This document shows, piece by piece, positions 19,644 through 28,721 of a stretch of DNA of 32,000 bases. The notes under the pieces were generated by a model, which was not told the origin of the DNA, did not search any database, and saw nothing but the letters and a program-made list of their open reading frames with translations. A program made the position numbers and the translations under genes. This DNA is from Polynucleobacter necessarius (lineage in GTDB: Bacteria > Pseudomonadota > Gammaproteobacteria > Burkholderiales > Burkholderiaceae), in NCBI RefSeq assembly GCF_900095195.1, contig NZ_LT606950.1, forward strand, positions 1,281,946 to 1,313,945. Direction: 5' to 3'. Every line of letters begins with the position of its first letter. The stretch's first letter is position 1.

Positions 19644-20166
19644 CTAAGAAATCTTTTTCAGAGTGTTGATGTAGCGTTGAGCATTCTTGATATAGCGCCC
19701 AGTAATTTCACCAATCCCTGCTTTCTGCTCAGAAGTGAGTGCTTTTACGGCTTTTGCAGGAGAGCCAATAATCATTGGCCCATCTGGAAACTCTTTACCT
19801 TCCGTGACTAGGGCGCCAGCACCAACCAAACAGTGTTTACCAATCTTGGCACCATTCAAAATAATTGCGCCAATTCCGATAAGACTGCCATCACCGATGC
19901 TGCATCCGTGCAGCATCACCTGATGACCAACAGTCACATTCTTACCAATCAAAAGGGGAACCCAGGGTCAGCATGAAGCACCGATGCATCCTGGACATTA
20001 CTGCCCTCGCCAATCTGAATAAGATCGTTATCACCGCGAATGACAACTTTTGGCCAAATATTGGCCCAGCATGAAGCTCAACTTTACCGATCACTTCAGC
20101 GCTTTGCGCAATATAAACGCCCTCAGATAACTGAGGAGCGTTTCCATCTAACTCATAAATAGCCAT
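19644..20166 (-). pseudogene. gamma-carbonic-anhydrase-like / hexapeptide-repeat (YrdA/PaaY-type) protein, two frameshifts
   Basis: [34 protein letters not shown] is in frame 1. [37 protein letters not shown] is in frame 2. [38 protein letters not shown]...KKIS* is in frame 3. The shifts are at about 20062-20070 and about 19950-19960, both at short G/C/T runs. Confidence 0.8.
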
Positions 20167-20202
20167 AACTCATTATAGGTATGAATCTGGCTGTGCAAAA
20201 AA

Positions 20203-21435
20203 TTACCAGTTCGTTTCGCAATCGGGCGTTGAAGAAATTCGATGCACACTTAAATCAGCGCCCTCGAATTCTTCCTCTTGCGACATCCTTATACCAAGCA
20301 CTGCTTTCAAGGTTCCGTAAACCACAATCCCACCCATCAAAGCAATGCTAACCCCAAGGGCACTTCCAATAAGCTGCCCCGTAAAGGTAATACCCCCGAT
20401 TCCGCCAAATGCTTTTGCGCCAAAAATACCAGCGGCTAATCCGCCCCATAGTCCACACAAACCATGCAATGGCCAAACACCAAGTACGTCATCAATCTTC
20501 CAACGGTTTTGCACTAAGGTAAACATATACACAAACAATCCGCCAGCAACAAAGCCAACAACTAGCGCGCCAACAGGATGCATTAAGTCAGAACCAGCGC
20601 AGACCGCAACCAGACATGCAAGTGGGCCGTTATAGGTAAAGCCTGGGTCATTTCGCCCTACGATCCATGCAGCGAGCGTGCCACCAACCATTGCCATTAA
20701 TGAGTTCAGCGCAACTAGGCCGCTGATCTTATCGATCGTTTGCGCACTCATCACATTAAAACCAAACCAACCTACCGCCAATATCCAAGCACCTAACGCT
20801 AAGAAAGGAATGCTGGATGGTGGGTGTGCTGATATTTGGCCTTCATTGGTATAACGCCCACGACGTGCGCCCAACAGAATTACCGCTGGCAGCGCAATCC
20901 AACCGCCTACTGCGTTCACTACTACATAGCCTGCGAAATCATGGAATTCCTCACCAGTAAATTCTTTGATCCACGCCTGAATGCCATAGTGTTGATTCCA
21001 AGCGATTCCCTCGAAGAACGGATAAATAAATCCAACCAGCACAAAGGTTGCAATGAGTTGAGGATTAAATTTTGCTCGCTCAGCAATACCGCCAGAGATA
21101 TTCGCCGGAATAGCGGCCGCAAAGGTTAGTAAGAAGAAAAACTTCACAAGTTCGTAGCCGTTTTTCTCTGCAAGCAATTCGGCGCCAGAGAAAAAATTGA
21201 CGCCATAGGCAATGCTGTAGCCAATAAAGAAGTAGGCGATTGTAGAGACAGCAAAATCCACCAAAATTTTGACAAGCGCATTTACTTGGTTTTTCTTGCG
21301 AACAGTACCAAGCTCCAAGAATGCAAAGCCCGCATGCATAGCAAGAACCATAATGGCGCCTAGCAAAATGAATAAAGCATCACTGCCTGATTTCAAGATT
21401 TCCACGTCTTTTCCACCGCCTATTTTTTGCATCAT
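20203..21435 (-). CDS. amt: ammonium transporter
   Basis: 410-aa uninterrupted polytopic ORF of the Amt/MEP family (AMHAGFAFLELG, FAGYVVVN, GVWPLHGLCGLWGG). Confidence 0.9.
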   Translation of the reverse strand: MMQKIGGGKDVEILKSGSDALFILLGAIMVLAMHAGFAFLELGTVRKKNQVNALVKILVDFAVSTIAYFFIGYSIAYGVNFFSGAELLAEKNGYELVKFFFLLTFAAAIPANISGGIAERAKFNPQLIATFVLVGFIYPFFEGIAWNQHYGIQAWIKEFTGEEFHDFAGYVVVNAVGGWIALPAVILLGARRGRYTNEGQISAHPPSSIPFLALGAWILAVGWFGFNVMSAQTIDKISGLVALNSLMAMVGGTLAAWIVGRNDPGFTYNGPLACLVAVCAGSDLMHPVGALVVGFVAGGLFVYMFTLVQNRWKIDDVLGVWPLHGLCGLWGGLAAGIFGAKAFGGIGGITFTGQLIGSALGVSIALMGGIVVYGTLKAVLGIRMSQEEEFEGADLSVHRISSTPDCETNW

Positions 21436-21453
21436 TATGGGGAACTAAAAATC

Positions 21454-21482
21454 CTAATTAGGTGCAGATTGCACCTAATTAG
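21454..21482. promoter_or_regulatory. perfect 13+13 bp palindrome in the amt upstream region
   Basis: CTAATTAGGTGCA-gat-TGCACCTAATTAG, centred about 33 nt upstream of the amt ATG. It contains the NtrC-type hexamers GGTGCA and TGCACC. TGCACC-taatt-AGTGCG (21470-21486) has the canonical TGCACC-N5-GGTGCA spacing, with 4 of 6 matches in the second half-site. Confidence 0.45.
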
Positions 21483-21542
21483 TGCGTTAATAGCATATAT
21501 TTATGGCTTATGATGTTTTTACACACGTATAGGGGAGAATCC

Positions 21543-21910
21543 ATGAAAAAATTACCGCATTTTTAGCGGCTTTTGCAGCATTTTCTGGCCTAGCGCAAGC
21601 GCAAGCAAACGCTCTAGTAAAAGTACTCAGCACACAAGAATTGGTCAATGTTTGTAAATTGCCAGCAAGCCCAGATTCACGCAGCTTTTGTATCGGCTAT
21701 TCCACAGCAATTTATGACACCTATTTAGCAACACGTCATCCACAACGCGCAAAGCCATTTATTTGCATCGAACAACCAGCTACATCACGCGATGAAGTGA
21801 TTGCGGATTTTGTGAAGTTCGGTCAAGAAAATCCACAAACTGCTGATAAACCAGCATCCGGCGTTTTCCTCGGTTTCTTGGCAGCAAAATTTCCATGCGC
21901 TAGAAAATAA
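21543..21910 (+). pseudogene. small secreted Cys-containing protein, frameshift in the A6 run right after the start codon
   Basis: ATG 21543 followed by aaaaaa (21546-21551) gives MKKLPHF*. With one more A the frame reads MKKITAFLAAFAAFSGLAQA|QANALVKVLSTQELVNVCKLPASPDSRSFCIGYSTAIYDTYL...FPCARK*. That is a clean signal peptide joined to the 21641..21910 ORF. The C..C.GY...YD pattern resembles Rap1a/Tai4-type periplasmic proteins, a weak resemblance recalled from memory. Confidence 0.6.
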
Positions 21911-21956
21911 TCGGATCATTCGGCTCAATTCAATTTAATTAAAAGGATCTGTTGAT

Positions 21957-22240
21957 ATGAAAAAAATTATCGCGATTACTGCAACTATTCTTGCTATTGC
22001 AGGCTGCTCCAATATGAGCAACACTGAACAACGCACTCTCTGGTGCTGGTATCGGCGCCGTTGCCGGCGGCGTAGGCGCAGCCATTTTCCACGGCAACCC
22101 CATTTGGGGGAGTAGGCGGCGCGGCAGTTGGCGCGGCGTCTAGATATGTATACGATGCTTACAAAAAAGAGCAGGCATCAGAGTACAACGCGGGATATAA
22201 CGCAGGCAAAAACAATAAGCCTGCAAATGCTCCGAATTAA
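21957..22240 (+). pseudogene. glycine-zipper outer-membrane lipoprotein, two frameshifts
   Basis: MKKIIAITATILAIAG|CSNMSNTEQRTL carries a lipobox. GAGIGAVAGGVGAAIFHGNPIWG follows in the +1 frame, then VGGAAVGAASRYVYDAYKKEQASEYNAGYNAGKNNKPANAPN* in the +2 frame. The shifts are at about 22036-22042 and at the G5 run 22106-22110. The start-to-stop distance is not a multiple of 3. Confidence 0.7.
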
Positions 22241-22626
22241 TTTACAAGCTGGGTTTTTATTTGGATGGCGCCTGTCAGTGCCTTGTGGATTGGGCACCTA
22301 TTCGCAATCTCAATTAAACGCTCTTTTTCTTCCGCACTCAGATCGCCCTCTAACTGGATCTCCCGCGTAAATGTTTCAACAGCATTTATGCGCTCAATGT
22401 CAACCGTCACGATTGCATTTCTCAAGTCCATCAATTTCCGGCCAGCATACATCTTTAAAGTCATGCTAGTGCATGCTGCTAGAGCCGCACCCAAGTACTC
22501 GTGCGGAGTGGAACCAATACCATTTCCGCCATTAGCTGGATAAACATCGGATAAAAAATGCAAATCACCAGACGTTAATTTTTGCTGCAATGGACCTTCA
22601 CCAAACTGTGAAATTACTTTTCTCAT
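22237..22626 (-). CDS. osmC: OsmC family peroxiredoxin-like protein
   Basis: 129-aa uninterrupted ORF with the two conserved Cys contexts (LAACTSMT and NRCPIHKAL). Confidence 0.85.
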   Translation of the reverse strand: MRKVISQFGEGPLQQKLTSGDLHFLSDVYPANGGNGIGSTPHEYLGAALAACTSMTLKMYAGRKLMDLRNAIVTVDIERINAVETFTREIQLEGDLSAEEKERLIEIANRCPIHKALTGAIQIKTQLVN

Positions 22627-23056
22627 TTGTGCTCCTCATTATTTTTTATTGGATTTTCATTCTTGTGAGGCTTGCCCACTTGTTCTGCGGTTGGCAGACC
22701 TGCCTTCTTCTAAGCGCTGAATCCACCCTCTAGGTGGGAAACGTTCGGCAATCCCATTTTTTGCAAAGCCTCAGTTGCTAATGCAGATCGCCAAGCAGAC
22801 GCGCAGTAAAGTACTAAGCGCTTACCCTCACCAAATATCGGCTTGTAGTAGGGGCTCTCTGGGTCTACCCAGCTCTCGGCGCATGGAATGCATTGGGAAT
22901 CATGCCCTCTCGCTCTAACTCACGCACATCGCGAATATCCACAAAGACCGAATTGCTCTCCAATAATAATTTCTCAGCCTGATCCAATGGAATTGTCTCA
23001 ATTTGAGCCATGGCGCTTTCTATTAAGGCACGATAACCAATCTTCAATTTCACCAA
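22623..23056 (-). pseudogene. rhodanese-domain sulfurtransferase, internal indel/frameshift and an in-frame TAG
   Basis: The reconstruction reads as follows:
- MVKLKIGYRALIESAMAQIETIPLDQAEKLLLESNSVFVDIRDVRELEREGMIPNAFHAPR
- break at about 22868-22878, where several codions appear to be missing
- WVDPESPYYKPIFGEGKRLVLYCASAWRSALATEALQKMGLPNVSHLEGGFSA-TAG(22710-22712)-KKAGLPTAEQ...
The active-site loop is CASAWRS. The frame ends in a TGA that overlaps the osmC ATG as ATGA at 22623-22626. Confidence 0.75.
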
Positions 23057-23111
23057 AACCTCCTAAAGTGACAACATCCAGCATTTCTAGCTCACCTGCT
23101 ACCATTCTGCT

Positions 23112-24374
23112 ATGAACTTTACCGCTACAGAATTCGGCGCAAGCATTATTTTTACAATTGCTGTATTGCATACCTTTTGTACAGGTTATTTTGAATCATT
23201 TGCCAAAAAATCGCCACGTCATGCTGGACTATGGCATCTTTTGGGTGAAGTTGAAATCGTCTTTGGCTTTTGGGCAGCAGTACTCATTATTTATATTGCT
23301 TGTATTGATCATATTGGTTCAGCAAAAGCCTATCTAAATCACCGTAATTTCACTGAGCCGCTTTTTGTGTTTGCCATCATGATTGTTGCTGGCAGCAAAC
23401 CCATCCTATATTTTTCATCACAAATACTGTATGGCTTAAGTAAAGGATTGCAAAAATTATTGCGCACTTGCAGCGCGCCGATTCTTTATTTCCTCACTCT
23501 GGCAATCACGCCCCTCTTAGGCTCGCTCATCACCGAGCCTGCAGCGATGACGCTGGCAGCCTTCTTATTGCGCGACCTGGTCTACTGCCATCAATGCTCT
23601 AAGGCTTTGCTTTTTGGAACACTAGGCGTGTTATTAGTAAACATATCCATTGGTGGAACGTTAACCAACTTTGCCGCACCGCCTGTCTTAATGGTTGCAT
23701 CAACGTGGGGCTGGAGCACCGCATTCATGTTTGCCAATTTTGGCTTGGAATCGTGCATTGCTATTTTTATTAACGCGCTTATAGCAACATGTTTATTTCA
23801 ACGTCAGTTAATTGAACCAAGCGAATTTAATCAATCCAGCAAAATTCCCTTGGCCGTTATTGCAATGCACCTTCTTTTTCTATTTGGCGTGGTGATGTTT
23901 GCACATGACTTAATTATTTTTATGTGGCTCTTGTTATTTTTTATTGGTTATACGACCGCATATCCAAAACATCAAAGCCCACTCATCCTAAAAGAAGCTC
24001 TTTTAGTCGGCTTCTTTTTGGCAGGCTTAGTTGTCCTTGGTGCATTACAGGGCTGGTGGCTTCAACCCCTCCTCGAAATGATGAGCCCTACTGCAGTGTT
24101 TTACGGAAGCTTAGCGCTCACAGCCATTACCGATAATGCTGCACTGACGTACTTAGGATCATTAGTGACAGGTACATCACCAGAATTTAAATTGGCCTTA
24201 GTGGGTGGTGCCGTTGCTGGTGGAGGGCTAACTGTTATTGCTAATGCTCCAAACCCTGCTGGAATTGCCATCTTGCGCAGTCACTTTCCTGGTGGCGCAG
24301 TTTCAGCCGTTTACTTATTTGTCGGGGCATTGCCACCCACTCTAGTAGCCATTGCTGCGTACCGCCTCCTTTAA
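23112..24374 (+). CDS. polytopic membrane protein, putative Na+/H+ antiporter family (Na_H_antiport_2-like)
   Basis: 420-aa uninterrupted ORF with about 11-12 hydrophobic segments. The family assignment is from memory of the N-terminal pattern and is tentative. Confidence 0.6.
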   Translation: MNFTATEFGASIIFTIAVLHTFCTGYFESFAKKSPRHAGLWHLLGEVEIVFGFWAAVLIIYIACIDHIGSAKAYLNHRNFTEPLFVFAIMIVAGSKPILYFSSQILYGLSKGLQKLLRTCSAPILYFLTLAITPLLGSLITEPAAMTLAAFLLRDLVYCHQCSKALLFGTLGVLLVNISIGGTLTNFAAPPVLMVASTWGWSTAFMFANFGLESCIAIFINALIATCLFQRQLIEPSEFNQSSKIPLAVIAMHLLFLFGVVMFAHDLIIFMWLLLFFIGYTTAYPKHQSPLILKEALLVGFFLAGLVVLGALQGWWLQPLLEMMSPTAVFYGSLALTAITDNAALTYLGSLVTGTSPEFKLALVGGAVAGGGLTVIANAPNPAGIAILRSHFPGGAVSAVYLFVGALPPTLVAIAAYRLL

Positions 24375-24440
24375 GTTAATTAAAGTACTTCCGCAGTAAA
24401 ATCTAAATATCGCCCCCAGTTATAAACCTGAGAACGGCAC

Positions 24441-25787
24441 ATGAAAAAACTCTATATCAAAACCTTTGGCTGTCAAATGAACAAGTATGACTCGGGCAAA
24501 ATGGCGGACCTACTTCATGCTGATGAAGGCATGGTCATAACGAATTTCCCTGAAGACGCAGATGTTGTTCTTTTAAATACGTGCTCCATTCGGGAAAAGG
24601 CAGAGGATAAAGTATTCTCAGATTTAGGCCGTTTGCAGGAACTCAAAAAAGTCAAACCTGATTTACTGATTGGTGTGGGTGGCTGCGTCGCCAGTCAAGA
24701 GGGTCAACAAATCGTCAGTCGTGCACCCTATGTTGATGTGGTTTTTGGTCCCCAAACTTTACATCGCTTGAGCGATCTGATCGCACAACGCCGCAAAACA
24801 GGACTCTCTCAGGTCGATATTTCGTTTCCAGAAATAGAAAAGTTTGATCATCTACCGGCATCCCGCCAGACCCGTGGCTCGGCATATGTTTCTATCATGG
24901 AAGGTTGCTCAAAATATTGCAGCTATTGTGTTGTTCCCTATACACGCGGCGAAGAAGTTTCTAGACCATTTGATGATGTGCTTACCGAAGTTGCTGGGCT
25001 CGCTAGCCAAGGTGTCAAAGAAATTGTTTTATTGGGACAGAATGTCAATGCCTATCTCGGCAAAATGGGTAGCACCCAAGAAATTGCAGACTTTGCACTT
25101 TTAATTGAGTACATTGCCGATATACCAGGGGTTAAACGTATTCGATTTACTACTAGCCACCCAAAAGAATTTACTCAGCGCTTAATCGATGTTTACGCCA
25201 AAGTACCAAAGCTCGTAAGCCGCCTTCATCTCCCAGTGCAGCACGGATCTGACGCCATACTCTTAGCTATGAAACGTGGCTATACAGCCTTAGAGTACAA
25301 AAGCATTATTCGCAAAATGCGCGCGGTACGCCCCGATCTGACGTTATCAAGTGACTTTATTGTGGGCTTCCCTGGTGAGACAGATGCAGACTTTGACAAG
25401 CTTCTGAGAATGGCAAAAGAACTTGAATTCGATAACAGTTTTTGTTTTATTTTTAGCCCTAGACCAGGGACACCTGCTGCCTACTTAAGTGATAATACTC
25501 CGTACGAAGTAAAGCTAAAACGCCTGCAAACTCTCCTTGGAGTGGTGGAAGACCAAGCCAACCAGATTAGCCAAAAAATGCTGGGTAACACTGAAACGAT
25601 ATTGGTAGAAGGTTTAGCAAAGGACGGGGTGAATTTACAAGGCCGCTCTGAAAATAATCGGGTAGTGCACTTTACCGTCCAAGATGACGAAATCGAATCG
25701 TTTATCGGGAAAATGGTTGATATACAAATCACTGAGGTACTCAATTACTCACTCAGAGGTGAGTTAGTCGAAGTCCATGCCAACTAA
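24441..25787 (+). CDS. miaB: tRNA-2-methylthio-N6-dimethylallyladenosine synthase
   Basis: 448-aa ORF with the N-terminal UPF0004 Cys triad (FGCQMN...NTCSIR...GGCVA), the radical-SAM motif CSKYCSYC and a C-terminal TRAM domain. Confidence 0.95.
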   Translation: MKKLYIKTFGCQMNKYDSGKMADLLHADEGMVITNFPEDADVVLLNTCSIREKAEDKVFSDLGRLQELKKVKPDLLIGVGGCVASQEGQQIVSRAPYVDVVFGPQTLHRLSDLIAQRRKTGLSQVDISFPEIEKFDHLPASRQTRGSAYVSIMEGCSKYCSYCVVPYTRGEEVSRPFDDVLTEVAGLASQGVKEIVLLGQNVNAYLGKMGSTQEIADFALLIEYIADIPGVKRIRFTTSHPKEFTQRLIDVYAKVPKLVSRLHLPVQHGSDAILLAMKRGYTALEYKSIIRKMRAVRPDLTLSSDFIVGFPGETDADFDKLLRMAKELEFDNSFCFIFSPRPGTPAAYLSDNTPYEVKLKRLQTLLGVVEDQANQISQKMLGNTETILVEGLAKDGVNLQGRSENNRVVHFTVQDDEIESFIGKMVDIQITEVLNYSLRGELVEVHAN

Positions 25788-26256
25788 AACAACATCAAGC
25801 GCCTCTTCACTAGTAGTAGACATTCAAACTGCTAGCCCAGTTATTGAAGCAACCTTAGAAAAAATCGCTTCGACTGCACTTATTAAAAAATGGGTGAAGC
25901 TAAGCCTCAATTGTGGAGGCTTACTAACGCTACGTTTTGTCAACAGAGCAGAAGGCAAAAAACTCAATGAAGCATTTCGGGGGAAGGGGTACGCAACAAA
26001 TGTCCTCACTTTCCCTTACGAGAGCTCAAAGAAAAAAGTTGAGGCAGACCTTATCTTTTGCCTACCTGTGATTCAAAAAGAGGCCAAAGAACAAGGCAAT
26101 ACAGTCAGGGCCCACTTAGCACACTTAGTGATTCATGGCTGTCTCCACGCTCAAGACTTCGATCATGAGAATGCAACAGATGCCATGAAAATGGAGGCTC
26201 ATGAAATACGATTATTAAAAGCCTTGGGTATCTCAAACCCCTATCTACCCATCTAA
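25777..26256 (+). CDS. ybeY: rRNA maturation RNase YbeY
   Basis: 159-aa ORF with the metal-binding motif [15 protein letters not shown]. Its start overlaps the miaB 3' end by 11 nt. Confidence 0.85.
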   Translation: MPTKTTSSASSLVVDIQTASPVIEATLEKIASTALIKKWVKLSLNCGGLLTLRFVNRAEGKKLNEAFRGKGYATNVLTFPYESSKKKVEADLIFCLPVIQKEAKEQGNTVRAHLAHLVIHGCLHAQDFDHENATDAMKMEAHEIRLLKALGISNPYLPI

Positions 26257-26293
26257 TTTTTACTCTGTCATATTTCTAAGCTATTCTTCTCCC

Positions 26294-27130
26294 ATGCTTG
26301 ACCCCAAGTCTTTACTAGATCACCTAGCTGATTTTTTATCCCCTCAGCCAACCAGCCCTAGCGAACGCCGTCAAGAATTGATTGGTACATTGCGCGAGGC
26401 GCAAGCTGAAGGACTCATTGATGCCGATGCTCTCTCGATGATCGAAGGCGTTTTTCAAGTAGGTCAGTTATGCGCGAGGGATATTTTGGTTCCGCGTGCC
26501 CAGATTGATTGGATTGATATCAACCGGCCACTTGCAGAAATCATTAAAACGGTTATTGAGGCTGCCCATTCTCGCTTTCCTGTTTTTGAGGGAACGCGCG
26601 ATAACGTGATTGGCATCTTGTTAGCCAAAGATCTTCTACGTCACTCTTCTGAACAAGATTTTCAAGTGCGTGATTGGTTGCGTCCCACGGTCTTCATTCC
26701 AGAATCAAAGCGATTGAGCGTGTTATTAAGAGACTTTAAAGACAATCGCAATCATTTAGCAGTAGTAGTGGATGAATATAGCGGCATAGCAGGCATCATT
26801 ACCATCGAAGACGTGCTTGAACAAATTGTTGGCGATATTGAGGACGAGCATGATATTGATGAAGAGGCGGATAACATTCTTGCCTTAGATAATGGCGATG
26901 TTCGCATCAAGGGCATTACCGAACTTGAACAGCTGAATGAGGCATTAGGCACCAATTTTGCACCCGAAGATATAGAAACCGTAGCGGGTTTAGTCATCCA
27001 ACACCTTGGTCGAGTTCCCAAGGTTGGTGAACGCATCGAAATAGATGGGATTGAATTTGAGGTGCAGCGTGCTGATCCAAGGCAAATTCATATTCTGCTA
27101 GCGCGCCAAAAACCCAAAAAGGTTGAGTAG
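26294..27130 (+). CDS. corC: HlyC/CorC family transporter-associated protein (CBS pair + CorC_HlyC domain)
   Basis: 278-aa ORF in the conserved position between ybeY and lnt. It has CBS-domain sequence and the C-terminal transporter-associated domain. Confidence 0.85.
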   Translation: MLDPKSLLDHLADFLSPQPTSPSERRQELIGTLREAQAEGLIDADALSMIEGVFQVGQLCARDILVPRAQIDWIDINRPLAEIIKTVIEAAHSRFPVFEGTRDNVIGILLAKDLLRHSSEQDFQVRDWLRPTVFIPESKRLSVLLRDFKDNRNHLAVVVDEYSGIAGIITIEDVLEQIVGDIEDEHDIDEEADNILALDNGDVRIKGITELEQLNEALGTNFAPEDIETVAGLVIQHLGRVPKVGERIEIDGIEFEVQRADPRQIHILLARQKPKKVE

Positions 27131-27138
27131 AGATCGGT

Positions 27139-28662
27139 TTGTTCAATCGACAATCTTTCAGACCAATTCCCAAAGCATCTCTACTAATACTATTGGGGTT
27201 GGGCTCCCTGCTTGCAGGTGCAACCGAGCTACCTTATGGCGGCTGGATCCAGATTCCCATCTTGTCCTTGGTATGGCTTCAACTTACGACTAATCCATCA
27301 TCAAAATTATCAGAACATTTTGCTTCTGGCATCGTGTTTGGGATTGGGTATTTTGCAATTAGCCTATGGTGGCTTTACATTAGCATGCATGATGTAGGCG
27401 GGATGAATTCTTTGCTTTCAGGAGCGGCGGTATTGATCTTATCTACCTATATGGCGCTCTTTTTTTCAGCTGCCTCCCTAGCGATTCCAGCATTTAAAAG
27501 ATCAAAATTCACCGGAGTTCTATTGGGTTCAAGCTGGGTGATCATGGAATTTCTTCGCGGATATATTTTTACTGGATTCCCTTGGGCAGGATTTGCAGAA
27601 TCGCAGGTGAATGGTCCTTTTGCACCAATAGCGCCTTTACTGGGAGGTCTCGCTTGTACCTTTTTAGTCATTTGGATTTCTTGGGAATTGCTTCAGACGA
27701 AACGGCAAGCATTCTTGAGTGGGGCTATCATCATTTGCGCAATTGTCAGCACTCAATTGATCGGTCTCATGAGTTTCACAAAGCCCTTTGGAGAACCCAT
27801 TACGGTTCGCCTTATTCAAGGCAACTTTGAACAGAGCTTGAAATTTAACCCTGCAGCAATAAGCGAGCAAATTCATTTTTATTCTTCGCAAATAAAAAGT
27901 CGGCCCGCTAACCTCATCATCATTCCTGAGACCGCATTTCCTTGGCCACAAAATAAATTACCACCGGAATTATTGAGTGACCTGCAGGATTATTCAAATT
28001 TGAGCTCGAGCAACCTCTTGCTTGGTCTAGTTGGCGAAGTCACTAGTGATCAAGGCATGCAATACACTAATCGAGCAATTGGCTTATCGCCCAATGCTTT
28101 GCCCTATGAATACGATAAGGTGCACTTGGTTCCATTTGGGGAATTTATTCCCCCAGGCTTCCATTGGTTTGTCAAAGCATTCAATGTGCCCTTAAGTGAT
28201 TTTGCGCGGGGCAATCTTGATCAACCTGCATTTAGCATTATTCGCAAAAATCAAGATGCTGTTCATGCAGCGATTACGATTTGCTACGAAGATGTTTTTG
28301 GCGGCGAGCTTGCAAATCGCATACGAAAAAATTCTGAACCAGCCAATTTTTTAATTAACTTAACGAATCTAGCTTGGTTTGGCCAATCACAAGCACCAAC
28401 ACAACAACTGCGACTCTCTCAACTGCGCTCGCTTGAAACGGGATTACCAGCATTGCGCGCCACCAATACCGGGATCACCTCCGTTCTCGGACCTGACGGG
28501 AAAGTGCTGCAATCGCTTCCTGAACTCACTCAGGCAAACCTGAGAACCGAAGTGCAGGCATACAGCGGCAAAACGCCTTTTGTCACTTGGGGTAATTTGC
28601 CCATTTTGGGCATTTCATGCCTGCTCTTAATTTGGGGTTTTATTCGCTATCGACGTTTTTAG
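27139..28662 (+). CDS. lnt: apolipoprotein N-acyltransferase
   Basis: 507-aa ORF with N-terminal transmembrane helices and a C-terminal nitrilase-like domain (IIIPETAFP, ICYEDVF). There is no in-frame ATG near the 5' end, so TTG at 27139 is the earliest possible start and the start is uncertain. Confidence 0.85.
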   Translation: MFNRQSFRPIPKASLLILLGLGSLLAGATELPYGGWIQIPILSLVWLQLTTNPSSKLSEHFASGIVFGIGYFAISLWWLYISMHDVGGMNSLLSGAAVLILSTYMALFFSAASLAIPAFKRSKFTGVLLGSSWVIMEFLRGYIFTGFPWAGFAESQVNGPFAPIAPLLGGLACTFLVIWISWELLQTKRQAFLSGAIIICAIVSTQLIGLMSFTKPFGEPITVRLIQGNFEQSLKFNPAAISEQIHFYSSQIKSRPANLIIIPETAFPWPQNKLPPELLSDLQDYSNLSSSNLLLGLVGEVTSDQGMQYTNRAIGLSPNALPYEYDKVHLVPFGEFIPPGFHWFVKAFNVPLSDFARGNLDQPAFSIIRKNQDAVHAAITICYEDVFGGELANRIRKNSEPANFLINLTNLAWFGQSQAPTQQLRLSQLRSLETGLPALRATNTGITSVLGPDGKVLQSLPELTQANLRTEVQAYSGKTPFVTWGNLPILGISCLLLIWGFIRYRRF

Positions 28663-28721
28663 TCAATTGTGACGCTGGAATACGCTAGCCATGTAAAATC
28701 AACGGCTTAGCCAGGTTAATC

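Noticed and set aside
21436-21542. Sigma-54 promoter (TGGCAC-N5-TTGC) for amt.
   Set aside because: The only GG...GC candidate, within the palindrome, has the wrong spacing (8 nt instead of 10). No convincing -24/-12 element was found.
7425-22712. The in-frame TAG/TGA codons might reflect stop-codon reassignment, selenocysteine or pyrrolysine, and the frameshifts might be programmed recoding.
   Set aside because: Intact genes in the window terminate on TAG, TGA and TAA. I saw no SECIS-like hairpins or slippery heptamers at the sites. Lesions cluster several per gene in non-essential genes only, which fits decay and not recoding.
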